A stretch of 64,000 bases of DNA from contig NC_135669.1 of assembly GCF_964188315.1 (NCBI RefSeq), forward strand, positions 16,368,001 through 16,432,000, in the 5' to 3' direction. The DNA is from Podarcis muralis. Taxonomy: Eukaryota. The position numbers and the translations under genes are program-made. The notes beneath the pieces were generated by a model that had not been told where the DNA came from, searched no databases, and was given only the letters and a program-made list of their open reading frames with translations. Below, piece after piece: positions 51,149 to 63,002 of this stretch. Position 1 is the first letter of the stretch. Each line of letters begins with the position of its first letter.

Positions 51149-54100
51149 TGTATCTTCTCTGGGTGGTGTGGACCTGCCCTGGCCAGGTTCTGGTGAGTCC
51201 GGAGGGATTTGACTCTGGCATTTGGGGAGCTCAAGACCAGACCAGAATTAGTTGTGGGTTTTTCTCCTTGTGGCCGGGAAGCCGGCAGCCGCCACTGCAG
51301 AAGGAGCAGCTGCTGGTGCCAGTTTTTCCCCTGTCCCATTTCCCAAAAGAAGCTGCTTCTACCGCCTGCTTTGCTGCATGATCAAGGGGTCCAGAAGGGG
51401 GCTGGGAATTTCTGGTGAAAGCCAGGGGGTCTGCATTGGGGCGGGATGTCAGCCGAGCCACCCAACCTTTGCATAAGTAAGATAAAGAAATGCCCTTCCT
51501 GGCTCTCTCTCTCTGGACAGGTTCCAATCCCTCCTTAGAAGCAGGGTGGCCTCTGTGGCAGGTGCTGGGTGGGCAAAGTCGGCGCCTCTGCAAGTGCACC
51601 GGTGGTGTCAGGAGGAGTGCGCAGGAGGGGGTGTGGCGGGCCTCTTCTTCTCCACACCTTGCTCTCCGCAAACGCTGCCTCACATTCCACAGCAGCGCTC
51701 CAGGCAGGAGCTGGCTTGTCGGCCAGCCAGGGAGCTGGAATCCTGCCCCTGCAGGCACAGAATCCTGCTGCTCCGCCTCTGCGCACAACCCCCCCCCCCG
51801 CCACACCTTTTGTGTGCACAAGGCAGCTTGTCATTGCCCTGTCATTCACAGAGCTGCTCACAGACTTGGACAGCTGGGCTGGAGTGGGAGTGCAAGGCTG
51901 GGCCCCCGCAGCATTCACAGTGGAAACTGTTGCTGCTATTATTTAACCTCAGCATCTGAACCCCGTCAGCAGGTTGCGGCTCTTAGGGTGGCCTCATTTG
52001 GCCTCCTGCAGGCCAGGCTGGTCTTGTCCTATTCCTTTAACTCGGGGTGGGTCACAGTTGTGGACTGCCAAATGTTGCTAGACTGGAGCTGCCATAATCC
52101 CTGGGCATTGGCTGTGCTGGCTGAGGGCTGGTGGGAGCTGGGAGTCCCGACAGCATCTCAAGAGCCACAGATGCACCCCCAACTCCTGGTTTAACTCTTC
52201 CCAGTAGCTATTTCTGCGTTTCGTGGCCTTTGCTGTTCCTTTTCTGCCCACAGCTTGTTGCCATGTAACATCTGGCACCCACCTGATCACTTTTTGACAT
52301 GCTTCCAAGATCCTATTTTATGCGTTGCACCAACTCCATTAAAAGGGACCCAGCTGGACTCTCCCTTGTGACGCTGTCCTGGGAAAGTGACAATGGGCTG
52401 TCTTGGTACTGGGCCCTTTGCAGGGTCAGTCATATCTGAACCCCAGCCGTTTGGAAGAGGCCCCAAGGCAGTGTAATCCTTTTTGCAACCCCTGTGGGAC
52501 GTGGGTTCAAAGCGCAGGGAGAGGGGACCCCAAAGTATGTTTTAATAGGGTTGATTTCCTGCTCAGTCTGTGAGATCACTGTGAATCTTCCCCCTCCCCA
52601 TCAGTCCTCTCATTTTCTTTCAGGGTGTATGATCTGCCTGGGCCAGTCGACCTTCCTTCGGTTCAACCACCCGGCTGAGGCGAAGTGGATGAAAAGCATG
52701 ATTCCCAGCGTGGGGCGAAGCCCTGCACCCCAGCATGGGCTCACAGCAGGTAGGAGAATTTCAAGGGCGAGGTTTAAGTGGGCTTCTGGGAGCTACAGCA
52801 CAGCACCCCCATCCTTGCAGTCACTTGGAATAGCCACATGACCCTTTGCCCCTGATGTTCCCTTGACCTTCATAACCATGGGGTTGTTGGGGGTTGAGTA
52901 CCCCCAGCTCCCTGTCTAGGGACATTATGTCTGGGGTGGGGGAACCTCTGCTGTTGTGCTGTGGTTTGGAATTCCTTCAGCTCCCTGCAAAATGTGAAAT
53001 GTGAGGCCCTTCTGTGATTGCCTCCTCCATGAGAGATCTGGAGGAGAACATGAGAACGGGCCTTTTCTGCAGTAGCCCCCTGTCTGTGGAATGTTTCCCC
53101 CCGGGAAGTTCACCTGGTGTCTTCCTTACACAACATTAGGCACATGTCAAAAACATTGCCTTGGCCGATTGACATCCAATGCCCTTTTAAAATGTGTTGA
53201 GGAGGGTGGCGGTATTGGGTTGTTTTCGTTTTTAATATGAATTTTGTGTTTTTATGTCGTGAGCTTATGTTGCAACCACCCTGAGACCTGTGGGTATAGA
53301 AATTTAATATGCAAATTTATACAAATTTAATTAATGATGATGATGTCACTGCTGCCAATGCAGAACTTGGTGGCTTGAGTCCAGAGAATTTGATAAACCT
53401 TGATTTCAGGGGGAAAGTTTCCTGTCCGCAGAAGTTGAGCATGGCTCCTAGGCAACATGTGTGGGGTTAGGGAGCTGCAGTAGTTGCAGGAGCAGTGGGG
53501 TGGGAGCAGGAGCAGTGGAGGGGCAAGAGATCCCCCAGCCCACCTTCCCTTTTCTCTCCACAGAGGCCCAGAGCCTTCTGAACGGCAACCAAGATACGGC
53601 GAAGGCTTCCCGGCACAGCCACAGTGCCCTGGTCAGCTCCATCGAGCGGGACTTGCAGGACATCATGGACTCCCTGGTGCTGGAGGAGGAAGGCAGCACT
53701 CCCAGGCAGCTCCCCAGCAGCCGCGGCAACGCTCCGTCACCAGACTCCTCCGTCGTGAATGGCAGGGGTGGGCGCTACCTGCTGTCGCCTCCCCAGAGCC
53801 CTGGCGCCATGTCTGTGGGATCCAGCTACGAAAACACCTCCCCGCCCTTCTCTCCCCTCTCCTCTCCCGCAAGCAGCAGCAGCTGCGCCAGCCACTCGCC
53901 TGGCACCCAGGACCAGGGCCCTACCCTGCCTCCGGTGGTGCCCGTTCGCTCCTCTAGTTTCAACCACACCATGCTGACTCCTCACGGCGGGGCCAGCCTG
54001 GACCTGCCGAGCAGCACCGGAGGCCCGAACCCAGCCCGGGGGCCGGGGAGCCCACGGACAGCTCGGAGGGCCACACAGGAGAGTCCCCGGAGCCCCACAC

Positions 54101-57100
54101 CCAGCCGCAGGGCCCGGCCCTCGGGGGAGAACCCCCGCCCGGGCCCACGCAGCTCCCCTCCACCTGCATTGCCCGCCGGCCTGAGCGAGAGCCTGCCGGG
54201 CAGCCCTCGGGTACAGCCACCCACCAGCCCACGCCTGGCCCCCAAATTCCAGTCGCCCTCCACCCCACGGACCAAGGCCACGGCTCTGCAGGAGAGGCCT
54301 CCCAGCCCTTTCCGGGAAGCGCGGGACACGCCTGCTGGCACCTCCCGCCAAGGGCTGGGGAAAGGCTTCCTGCCAGCTGAGCCTGCCGGGTTTGTGCCTC
54401 TCAGCCAGTCGAGCCGGGCCCTGCAGCCCCCTGAGAGCCCCCGACTCAGCCGGCGGCCTCTGGAGAGCATGCGGGAGCTGCCTCCTCTCAGCCCCGCCTT
54501 GTCCCGCCGGGCAGTGTCGCCAGCCCCTCACGGCGGCCCCCCAGTGCAGGCCAAGGCCGGCGAGGCCCCCTGTGGCTGGCGGAGGGAGCCCATTGAGGAC
54601 CTTATGTCTGCCTCTTTCTCCTGCCTGCGGGGACGCAGCCCCTCGCCCACCCTGCTGGCCAGGGAGCCTGGCCAACGCAAGCCCAGCTACGCAACCGGCC
54701 TGAGCCCCGCCTACAGCCTGGGCTCCCTGACCTCGGCCTCGCCGCGCCAGAGCCCCCGCCTGCACCGGAAGTTGTCTGGGGGGCTGGAGCTGACGCCGGG
54801 GCCCCTGCGGGAGCGCAAGCACAGCATCTCGGAGCTCAGCGGCGACGAGGGGGAGCTGAGGGAATACCATCGCTGGCAGCGCCAGGAGCGGCTCCGGGAA
54901 CAGGAGATGGAGCGGCTGGTGAGTGGGGCACCTGCTCAGGCAGCGGGCACAAGGACCTCTGTAATGACGGGGTGCCTTTGAGGTGGGTGGGCTGCAGTGT
55001 TAGAAATTAGCCAGGCACCAGGCGTGTTTTGCGACTTGCGCAGGACCTTTTGCAACCAGGTGGAGATCTCCAGACATCTGGAGAGGTCAGACTGACATCA
55101 CCAACTGTCTGACCTCTCCAGCCTTCTTGAGCAGCTAGGCAGAAGAGCTTGTAAACTGCATTTCTATTCCACTTTTTTTCTCTAAGGAGTGCATGGTTCA
55201 CGACCCCCCTCAGTTAATTCCTACAACAACCCTGTGAGGTAGGTTAAGAGGCTGTGACTGACTCCAGGATCACCCAGTGAGCTTCCTGACTGAGCGGGGA
55301 TTTGAACCCTGATCTCCCAGGTCCTAGTCTGACACTCTAACCATTAGACCACACTGTCTTCCTACAGTACTTCAGCTAGGGGGCAGCAGAATTAAGTAGG
55401 TAAATAAATAAGGGGAAGGCAAAACGAACCTTAAAGAACGAACTGAAGCATTTTTCTTGAAGCTTGAATTTGTTGTATTTGATGTTTTAGTGTGTTGTAA
55501 ACCGCTTTGAGATTTTTTTCTTTAAAATATAAAGCAGTAGAGAAATGAAATGAAAAATATTAATATTTTTTTCAAAAATCCACCACCGTTGTGGCAGCTG
55601 TGACCTTGGTTTAAGGTGCCGTTTGGCGATTAGCTTGTATATATGCGTTTCTAACACTTTAGATGTGGAATGAATGAGGGAATTCTGAGCAGGCCGAAGG
55701 AATAACCGTTCCCCAGAGAGAAGGGAAGGTTGGGGGGCTGCCCTGCCAGGAGCGTTAGGAATCTTAAGTGAAATACATGCATTTCCTTGCAGCCAACAAC
55801 TAGGGGTGCTAATTGTTTGAGGGGGGTGGGGGTGGAAGTCAGTGATATTTCTGGAATTTCCAGCTTCGCACATGCCCAAGCCTTGAGCTGCAGTTACCAA
55901 GATGTGTTATCGGGGGGGGGGGGGTGTTATCAAGGGGTGGGCAAAATCAGCCTGTGTGTTGGGCAGGTAGCAAGGTGGTGGCAGAAATAGCTGCGTGGAA
56001 CAGTTTCTGTACAAAACACGGGGGAGTCAGACCCCTTTGCAAGAGTGTCTGCCTGGGGACGTGAGGCAGGAATGTGTGGGTTGTGGTCCCCTGCAGATGA
56101 ACAACAAGCTTTCCCCCCAAGGCACACCTGGCTCTGGGATGAGGGGTGAGGTGGAGCTGCGAATGGGGGGAGTCGGCTTGTAACCCCCAGGCCTGAAACG
56201 GTGCATTCTCTGGGATTTTCCCATGCGGCGCAGACTGAGCATGCTCCGTTTGGCATTTGTCGCTTTGTTTTATGCTCCGCCTGCCTGGAGTTAACTCTTG
56301 CGGTTCCTATCTGGTGATAAGCACCTCCTTACCAATCATTCGGACGTTGCCCATCACAGCCCCAGTGCTCCCCGGGAATGGCACAGGAGGGGCCCCAATG
56401 CACTCCGATGAGAGAAAGCATTTTTTCATGCAGAGTGCAGTTAAACTATGGAACTCCCTCCCCCAGGAGGCAATGATAGTCTTTAAAAGAGGATTAGACA
56501 AATTCGTGGTTACGAATGGCTACTAGCCATGATGGCTGTGCTCTGCCACCACAGCTGGAATAAGCAGTGCTTCTGAATGCCAGTTTCTGGAAACGGCAGA
56601 AGGGAAGAGTGCGCTCTTGTGTTTGAATCCTGCTTGCAGATTCGCAGGCATCTGGTTGGCCACTGTGAGAACCGGATACTCCATTGGCTGGATCCAGCAA
56701 GGCTCTTCTTACGTCCTTAACTGTTGACTCTGGGCAGTCCCTGGCAGAGCTAACACCAGGGTGGGGTGCTTTGTGTGCCTGCCCAGCCTCTGAGCCCAGC
56801 TGCACCACACAGCTCCTAGCCAGAGTAACTCTGCAGCCTTTTTGCCCAGCTGGGTCTGGGTCTCAGGACTGGCTGTGTGTCTGCCTGGCTCAGACTGGTG
56901 GAGCGTGCCACCTTGGGCTGCTGTGCCAGTCCCCAGCTACACCCTGCAGGCTGCCTGTTGTCTCGCCAGTGGCTGGGCACTGACTCACAACTGCTTGTTT
57001 GCACAGCTTGTGTGATTCACAGAGGAGAAATAAGCTGGTGGGGAGGTGGGGGGGGAGAGGCTGTTGCTGCTGTGCCTGCACCCTGCCATTAGCCTGGTCA

Positions 57101-60100
57101 CGTGCCGGGGTAAGCGGGGAGCGTCTTTTTCGGTTCTCGACTTTGTTGTCGGAGGCTGGAGGTGTTTGTGTTCCTTGCCTGTGAAAGGCCTGGAGGGATG
57201 TGTCTGTGAGATGAGAGTCACTCCGGACTTCACTGTGAGTACCGTAAGCCTTTGTGCATGTTGCACGCTGCTCGCCTCTCCATCCCACTTGGCACTCTGC
57301 ACAGCCGAAGCAGCGGCAGGGGTGGGGATTGATTGGGGGCTGTTCTCCCAGGACAGAATTTGCTTTGATCTCTTGTAGAAGTTGGGGGGGGGGCTGGGAG
57401 AGGTGAGTGTTGGGGGTTGCCCACGAAAGCCTGCTCTAGTCCTGATGAAGCTTAGCTTGGCACAGGATCCTGGGCTACATACAAGCTAAAATAGGGGTGC
57501 TCTCCTTAGACTTGGATTTCACTATGACATGGAGGGAAAGTGGCAGAGCTTCTCCTTGGCAGTTTCTGGCGCTTGCCTGGTTTCCTTCAGCCTCTCTTTC
57601 TCCTCCCCCCCTTGCCCCCACCTGCAACGCCTCTTCTGTCCTTCATTGGTTAGCAGCTGACCTGGACACCTGTGCAGGAGTGAAAAGGTGCATAGGCAAG
57701 TGAGGCCCTTCTCCCAGTGGGATGGGTGAGGTCCAAGGGTGCCAAGTTCCTCCTTCCTGCTGGCGGCTGGCTTCTCTCTGCCAGCTCTAAAGGGCACCTG
57801 TTGTAGCCCAGTTGAGGTGGCCCAGCCTTGAGTCAAGGTGTATCAGGCTCCTCAAGGCGACATACTCTGAAAGCACACCTGTCGAGCCTTCAGAACCCTA
57901 TGATGTGGCTCCTTGCACCAGAGCAGGAGAAAGGCTTTCTTTCCCCAGGGCAGCTGCTGCCATTGTACAGGCAGCTCCGTACGGAAGTTTGCTGAGCCCT
58001 CCCTGCTCTGACCATCTTCCTGCCTGGGGAGGCTCTTTTAATTTCCTTGGACTCCTGTTTTAGGTAGCTGCTGGCTTTACTGTTTCATTCACCGAATCAG
58101 ATGTTTGTTTGCTTGCTTGAAAGTATTTTATATACCTTCAGTCCGCACCATATAGCAGGACAGTATACAATTTTATGGGATGTGGATGGCGCTGTGGTCT
58201 AAACCACTGAGCCTAGGGCTTGCCAGTTAGAAGGTCGGCGGTTCGAATCCCCGCGACGGGGTGAGCTCCCATTGCTCGGTCCCTGCTCCTGCCAACATAG
58301 CAGTTCGAAAGCACGTCAAAGTGCAAGTAGATAAATAGGTACCGCTCCAGCGGGAAGGTAAACAGTGTTTCTGTGCGCTGCTCTGGTTTCGCCAGAAGCG
58401 GCTTAGTCATGCTGGCCACATGACCCAGAAAAACGGTCTGCAGACAAACGCGGGCTCCCTCTGTCAGTAAAGCGAGATGAGCCCCGCAACCCCAGAGTCG
58501 TTCACGACTGGACTTAACTGTCAGGGGTCCTTTACCTTTCATACAGTTTTATATATATGATCATTAAAATGACTGGCTGCTCAAGAAAACAGATGCACAG
58601 GTCTGTTGGCATAAAAAGATCTTCACGAGGCACCTGAAAGTCAAAAGGAAAGGTGCCTGCATGGGAGCAGCAGCGACACGTAGTACCCAACTGCTGGGGG
58701 AGGCCAGTTGGGCATCTGTAGCATGGGGGCGGGGAGGGGAGGGGTGCAGATAGCTGCTAGCACTTCTCTGAAAGATCTCTGTGATAGGGCTCAGATAGAA
58801 GGGCTCATACAAGCCTTAATTTTCAAATTGCATTTATGCCAGATCAATATTGTAAGATGCTGGGTGAAGGCTTTCAATAAATAAAAAATCCAATGGCTAG
58901 CTGCAGCAGTTGGACCAGACCTGAGTGGTTCCACTTAGTCTACCCTATTCTTTCCCATGGTAACCCCACCCCCAGGAAGCAGCATTTGAAATCCCCCAGG
59001 CACCAGGTGCGTTTTGCTACTGGCTCGAGTTCAATTGCGACAACGCGGAGATTTCTGGGCGCCAGGTTGGCAGCCACTGTTTTCAAAACCTCGGTCTTGG
59101 TTAATACCATTTCCATCTCCGCTGTGTGTGTTTCTCTTCCTTGCATACTGGGACAAGTGAATGGAGTAAGGTACAGTCGAGCAATGTAGTTGAGATCATA
59201 GAATCATAGAGCTGTAACGTTGGAAGCGACCCCCAAGGTGAATAGACGTTGTGGCGACCGTAACCCAGGTTTAAGGTGCCGTTTGGCACCTCGCTTAAAT
59301 ATCTAAGTTTCTGCCCACCAGAAGGACCACGGCTCTCCCCTTTCTGATTGTAGTATTTCTGCCCTACCCTCTCTGCCTTCCAGGGCAGAATGTCATTGGC
59401 CTTGAGTTTCCAGCCACTCGGTTTCATGAGATGACACCCCAGTTTTTGTGTTATGAAAGAGAGAGGGAAGCCTCTCTCTCTGAGCGTGTTTCTCCTCCCC
59501 TTCTTTCCTTCTGCTGCAATGAACATAGGAGCTCCAAGACCTTCCTGGCAGATATCGTTTAGAATTTTATTATTACGGTCACAGACCTGACCCAGCTCAC
59601 TTACAATATCAGGAAAATCATAAAACACAACAGGAATACATTGAATTGCAGTTGGCTATAACAGAGACAATTCGGATATAGTGGCAGTTTAAAAATATAT
59701 ATTAAATCTTTATCACTAAAATATAACCTAAAATTGTCATTTAAAACCTTAATCATTTTGGTAGTACAGCTTGTTCCCTAAGTTTTATGGCACAGAATTT
59801 GGCCACCCTTAGCGTGATCTCTAGATCCTTGTCCTCTACCAGTAATTTTAGACATTGAAGTTCGGACCCATTTGGAGATTTTTGTATAACAGGAGTGATA
59901 AATACCGAGCGTATATCCCTGTAGAAACGGCAGCGTAACAAGACATGAGAGACAGTGGCAGATATTGTCTCAGGCTAGCTGGAGTCCGTGCTTGCAAAAT
60001 TCTTTGGGTCTTCTTTGCTCACGCACCAAAATGTCTTTTGCCAGCTTTGGTCTGTGCTTACAGAAGCAGCTGTGTGATAAGACACTGAACAGGTTGGCCA

Positions 60101-63002
60101 AAAACACGAAATGCTACGTTCTCACTTTTCCCTTGTGAAAAGGCTGGGGAAAGCCAGTGGTTGGGGAACTGGCCAACCACAAGAGCCAAGAGGTTGGAGG
60201 GAGCCGGGGTGGGGTGGGGTCAGCTGTGGCTCCTGCCAGAGCACCGAAAGCCTTGGGATGCTCTGGGATGCCAATACTGACAGCTTTCCTTTCACCCCTC
60301 TGCCCTTTGCTTAGGAGCGGCAGCGGTTGGAGACCATCCTGAGCCTGTGTGCCGAGTACACTCACAGCGATGGCGATCCGGGCCAGGAGCACAACACTTT
60401 CCCCAGCGCTGCTGCCGAGGGCGCTGGCCAGCCGGGAAGGAGGCCCTCCAAGGGCTCCATCAGTCTTGGACGAGCGAAGGAGCAGCTGGTGGGAACCCTG
60501 GGCCTGCGGGAGAGGGAGAGCTTGGAGCGCTCGGATGAGGACCACCTGAAAGAGGAAAGCAGCAGCACGGAGAGTGCCGGCCAGGAGGTGAGAGGGCCAT
60601 GCTTGGAGCTGGGAGGACGAGGAGGAGCATAAGGGACTGCCCTCGGTGGAGTGCTCCTTTGCTCCCCAAACTGGCACTTTCCACTTTCCACTTTCCACTG
60701 TCACTTTTTTGGGAATACAGCTGCCATCTTCCCTGACCAGGCTGGCTGGGGCTGATGGGAGTTGGAGTCCCACAACAGGTTGAGGGCAGCTGACTTCGCA
60801 TGTAACCTTGGTAGGCTCAAGAGAGGAGAGAGTGGTTTGTGCATTTCTCCATCTCTTTGGGGAGAAGAATTATATGCCTGTCCCACCCCCAGTGTGTCTG
60901 GGAGACCTCTGGCTAACAGAGTTCATGGCTGGTGTTGTGGTATGAATTTCAGATAAAACTTTATTCGCATTAGCCAATGGCCATAGCAACAGTAAAACAT
61001 TATGGTATATGCAGAAAAGGAAATTTGATATAAGAGCACAATCTAAAGTCCTGAATCAGCTGCCCTTATTCTGATTGCCCCTGCTATGAACCTAGCAACC
61101 TTTGCTGTTATCTGCTCATTTAGATCTGATAGAAGGAATGGTATGAATTTATTTCTACCCCACCTGTTTGTTACACAGGGAACACCTATTAAACAGAACA
61201 CATGGAACCAAGAGAATTAGCAGCAAGACTCAGCAGATCCAGTTTATTAGGGCTATTGCAATAGGACAGCCATTCAGCAAAACTGCTAGTTAGGAGAAAG
61301 AAATAAAAAAATTGTCCACTAGCACCTTAGAGACCAACTAAGAATGTTCTGGTATGAGCTTTCAAGTGTGCATGCACACTTCTTCAGATACACCAACACG
61401 GCTACCTGCCTGATGCTAGTTAGGAGGATTGCCCAGAGCAAATTCGTAACAAAGCTTATGCAGGATTTCAAGCACAGCAGACAAGGAGTCATAAACATCA
61501 AGCATTCTTCTACATACCTCAAAAAAGGTTACAGGTCATGGGATATAAAGATCCTTGACCTCACACTGGTAATCAACTTTCCTGGCGTGTCCCAAACCAT
61601 TTGGTCCTAACTATTCAGTGGAGGCTGTTGACATTCCTTTCCCATGCCTGTCCTTGGAACCTCTCAAGGAGATGCCAGTGCTAACTCACAACAGACACAG
61701 GAAAACATCCTGCCGTTTGTGCCACTTTCAGGGTAAGATCGGAGAGATGGAATGCAGCCTAGGAATGAGGCATGAGAGTCACAAAATGCAGACATGCGGG
61801 AATCATTCATGGATGCATTCTAGCCAAAGGTTAAATGCACTTAATATTGAAACATGATTAAAATAAAAAAAAAATAAACACCTGGGGTCACTGATTTTTT
61901 TTTCATTATTCCCCCCTTTGATTATAACCTTTCCAAGGTTTATAATCCCACTTTATCAAAGTCGTTAATCTACCAAGACATAGTCCCTCTTGGACATATT
62001 TACCAGACTATTAACATTGACAAGCATTGAACACCACAACATAGCAATATAATACAAAAAATGACTGAAAGGAGAATTGATAACCCCCCTTTCAAGGCTT
62101 CCTTGATGCAACTAGTCTGAGGATACCAATATGGCAATCCTTTATGTTGTTCTTATCAAATTCTCTATGTTTTTAAAGACCCGAGAGAAGCATTCTCTCC
62201 CTTTTTCTTTAAATGTGTCAGCTTATGCTTTACATGCAGCAGGGAGGCCTATTCATCAAGGACACATGAAGTTTTCTTGCATCAACTTTATTTTGTTCCC
62301 GGTGTCAAATTGTTGTTGTTGTTTAGTCGTTTAGTCGTGTCTGACTCTTCGTGACCCCATGGACCAGCGCACGCCAGGCACTCCTGTCTTCCACTGCCTC
62401 CCGCAGTTTGGTCAGACTCATGTTTGTAGCTTCGAGGTGTCAAATTAGTCTTCTAATTAGGCTACCCTCTTTGCTGATTTTTCCAAACCCTCCGCAGCAC
62501 GAAGAGCCACCCAGCACCAAAGCCAGCCAGGAGGCGGCCCTGCTGGAGGAGGAGCGCACCCGTGTCCTGGCCAGCGTCGATCAGCTGAAGAGCCGAGCTA
62601 AGGAGCTGGAGCAGCAGCTGCAGGAAACAGCCCGGGAGGTTAGGCAGGGATGAGGGCAAAGGGTAGAGCTCCTTCCTCTCAGCTGTGCCCCGTTTGGTCA
62701 TGCTGATGGGCAGGGCACACCCCAGGAGGGACCCTGTCATAGACTTCATTCATGAATGAAGAGTTGCTGGAGCTCAGGGAGGCTCACCCCCACCTCCCGA
62801 TGGCTCCTCCTGCAGAGAGAGGCCTGGGCCCTGAGTCTTAGCATGATGGGGCTCCTTGTCTCTCGCCCAGGCGGAGATGGAGCGGGCCCTCCTGCAAGGC
62901 GAGCGGGAGGCCGAGCTGATCCAGCTGCAGCAGGAGCAGAAGGCAGTGCAGCAGTTGCAGGAGCGCATGTCTGGTCTGGACGCCGCCATCCACCGGGACA
63001 AG
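39384..63002 (+). CDS. PHLDB1: Pleckstrin homology-like domain family B member 1 (LL5alpha), 3'-partial, first 794 codons. Exons 39384-39443, 40080-40203, 40501-40671, 52624-52749, 53564-54918, 60315-60587, 62498-62638, 62871-63002
   Basis: LDLTETGKGLKVQTEKPHLVSLGSGRLSTAITLLPLEEG; FHA-like GCMICLGQSTFLRFNHPAEAKWMKSMIP; LVSSIERDLQDIMDSLVLEE; SPGAMSVGSSYENTSP; RQERLREQEMERLERQRLETIL; AEMERALLQGEREAE. All junctions are GT-AG and in phase. Confidence 0.96.
42990..43900 (-). mobile_element. Degenerate CR1 ORF2 (RT) fragment in PHLDB1 intron
   Basis: Minus ORF ...SLAFQKAFDQSP...ILLWIRNWLRNRKQ corresponds to the RT motif LDFQKAFDKVPH..LLWI.NWL..RKQ; boundaries approximate. Confidence 0.7.
46258..46602 (-). 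mobile_element. Sauria-type SINE
   Basis: Near-identical to the 6048 copy; candidate TSD cttaaaaag at 46253-46261 and 46612-46620. Confidence 0.9.
47400..48700 (+). promoter_or_regulatory. PHLDB1: Intragenic CpG island in PHLDB1 with a candidate alternative first exon ending at 48099
   Basis: Very CpG-rich, with (GGC)8 at 48063-48086 followed by a consensus donor CAG|GTGAGT at 48099/48100. Confidence 0.7.
48930..49155. mobile_element. Tigger-like MITE (7485 family)
   Basis: TA-CAGTCGTACCTC ... GAGGTACCACTG-TA; interior nearly identical to 7485-7726. Confidence 0.9.
50280..50440 (+). mobile_element. Penelope-like element relic (GIY-YIG endonuclease region)
   Basis: Peptide NALYSITNHQSPPALY..THKSDISDGCIQKPVGEHFNIL..TVAVL resembles the Penelope consensus VYAI.C..CP.ALYIGQT..HKSDI.NGNIQKPVGEHFNL. 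Confidence 0.65.
50535..50750 (+). mobile_element. CR1 3'-end remnant
   Basis: atgcatggagaaggtggagagagaaaagttttt..ggctttaaaagagccttaggcaaattcatggaggat..ggcta.tagccat. Confidence 0.6.
51115..51145. repeat. (TG)n microsatellite
   Basis: About 15 TG units, directly visible. Confidence 0.95.
55205..55358 (-). mobile_element. MIR-like SINE
   Basis: Homologous to 33215-33372 (ctacaacaaccctgtgaggtagg..gggatttgaaccctg..tagtctgacactctaacc). Confidence 0.7.
56415..56720 (+). mobile_element. CR1 3' end with 3'UTR
   Basis: RKHFFMQSAVKLWNSLPQEA..FKRGLDKF, then a CR1-type UTR ending ccagcaaggctcttcttacgtcctta. Confidence 0.8.
58177..58540 (+). mobile_element. Sauria-type SINE, full length, with TSD
   Basis: Head gggatgtggatggcgctgtgg, B box ggttcgaatccc, tail cctttaccttt; 12-bp TSD atacaattttat (58165-58176) / atacagttttat (58541-58552). 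Confidence 0.92.
59562..59940 (-). mobile_element. 5'-truncated non-LTR retrotransposon 3' end (clade uncertain)
   Basis: Minus ORF LRCRFYRDIRSVFITPVI..LLVEDKDLEITLRVAKFCAIKLR resembles a LINE ORF2 C-terminus; it is followed by an AT-rich UTR ending ggtctgtgaccgtaataataaaatt. Confidence 0.55.
61310..61400. mobile_element. Penelope-like terminal-repeat remnant
   Basis: tagcaccttagagaccaact..tgagctttcaagtgtgcatgcacacttcttcagatac, a motif recalled from reptile Penelope/Poseidon ends. Confidence 0.5.
61895..62220 (-). mobile_element. Old L1-clade 3' fragment
   Basis: T-run at 61895-61904 (the poly-A on the minus strand); decayed peptides HKGLPYWYPQT and GRLTTLIK resemble L1 ORF2 C-terminal motifs. 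Confidence 0.45.
62312..62435 (-). mobile_element. 5'-truncated BovB/RTE LINE 3' end
   Basis: gttgttgttgtttagtcgtttagtcgtgtctgactcttcgtgaccccatggaccag..cagtttggtcagactcatg is the reverse of the BovB 3' end with a (CAA)n tail; perfect 11-bp TSD GGTGTCAAATT at 62301-62311 and 62436-62446. Confidence 0.88.

Noticed and set aside
53737-54870. 377-aa antisense ORF
   Set aside because: It is the shadow of the GC-rich 1355-bp PHLDB1 coding exon; no independent support.
58177-58270. tRNA-like A/B box sequence (GGTTCGAATCCC)
   Set aside because: It is the head of a Sauria SINE, not a tRNA gene; the same applies at 6330, 6985 and 46535.
59350-59440. Strong-looking acceptor (ctctctgccttccag| at 59383) as a cassette exon
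   Set aside because: In-frame stop within 17 codons and no convincing donor nearby; such sites are common by chance.
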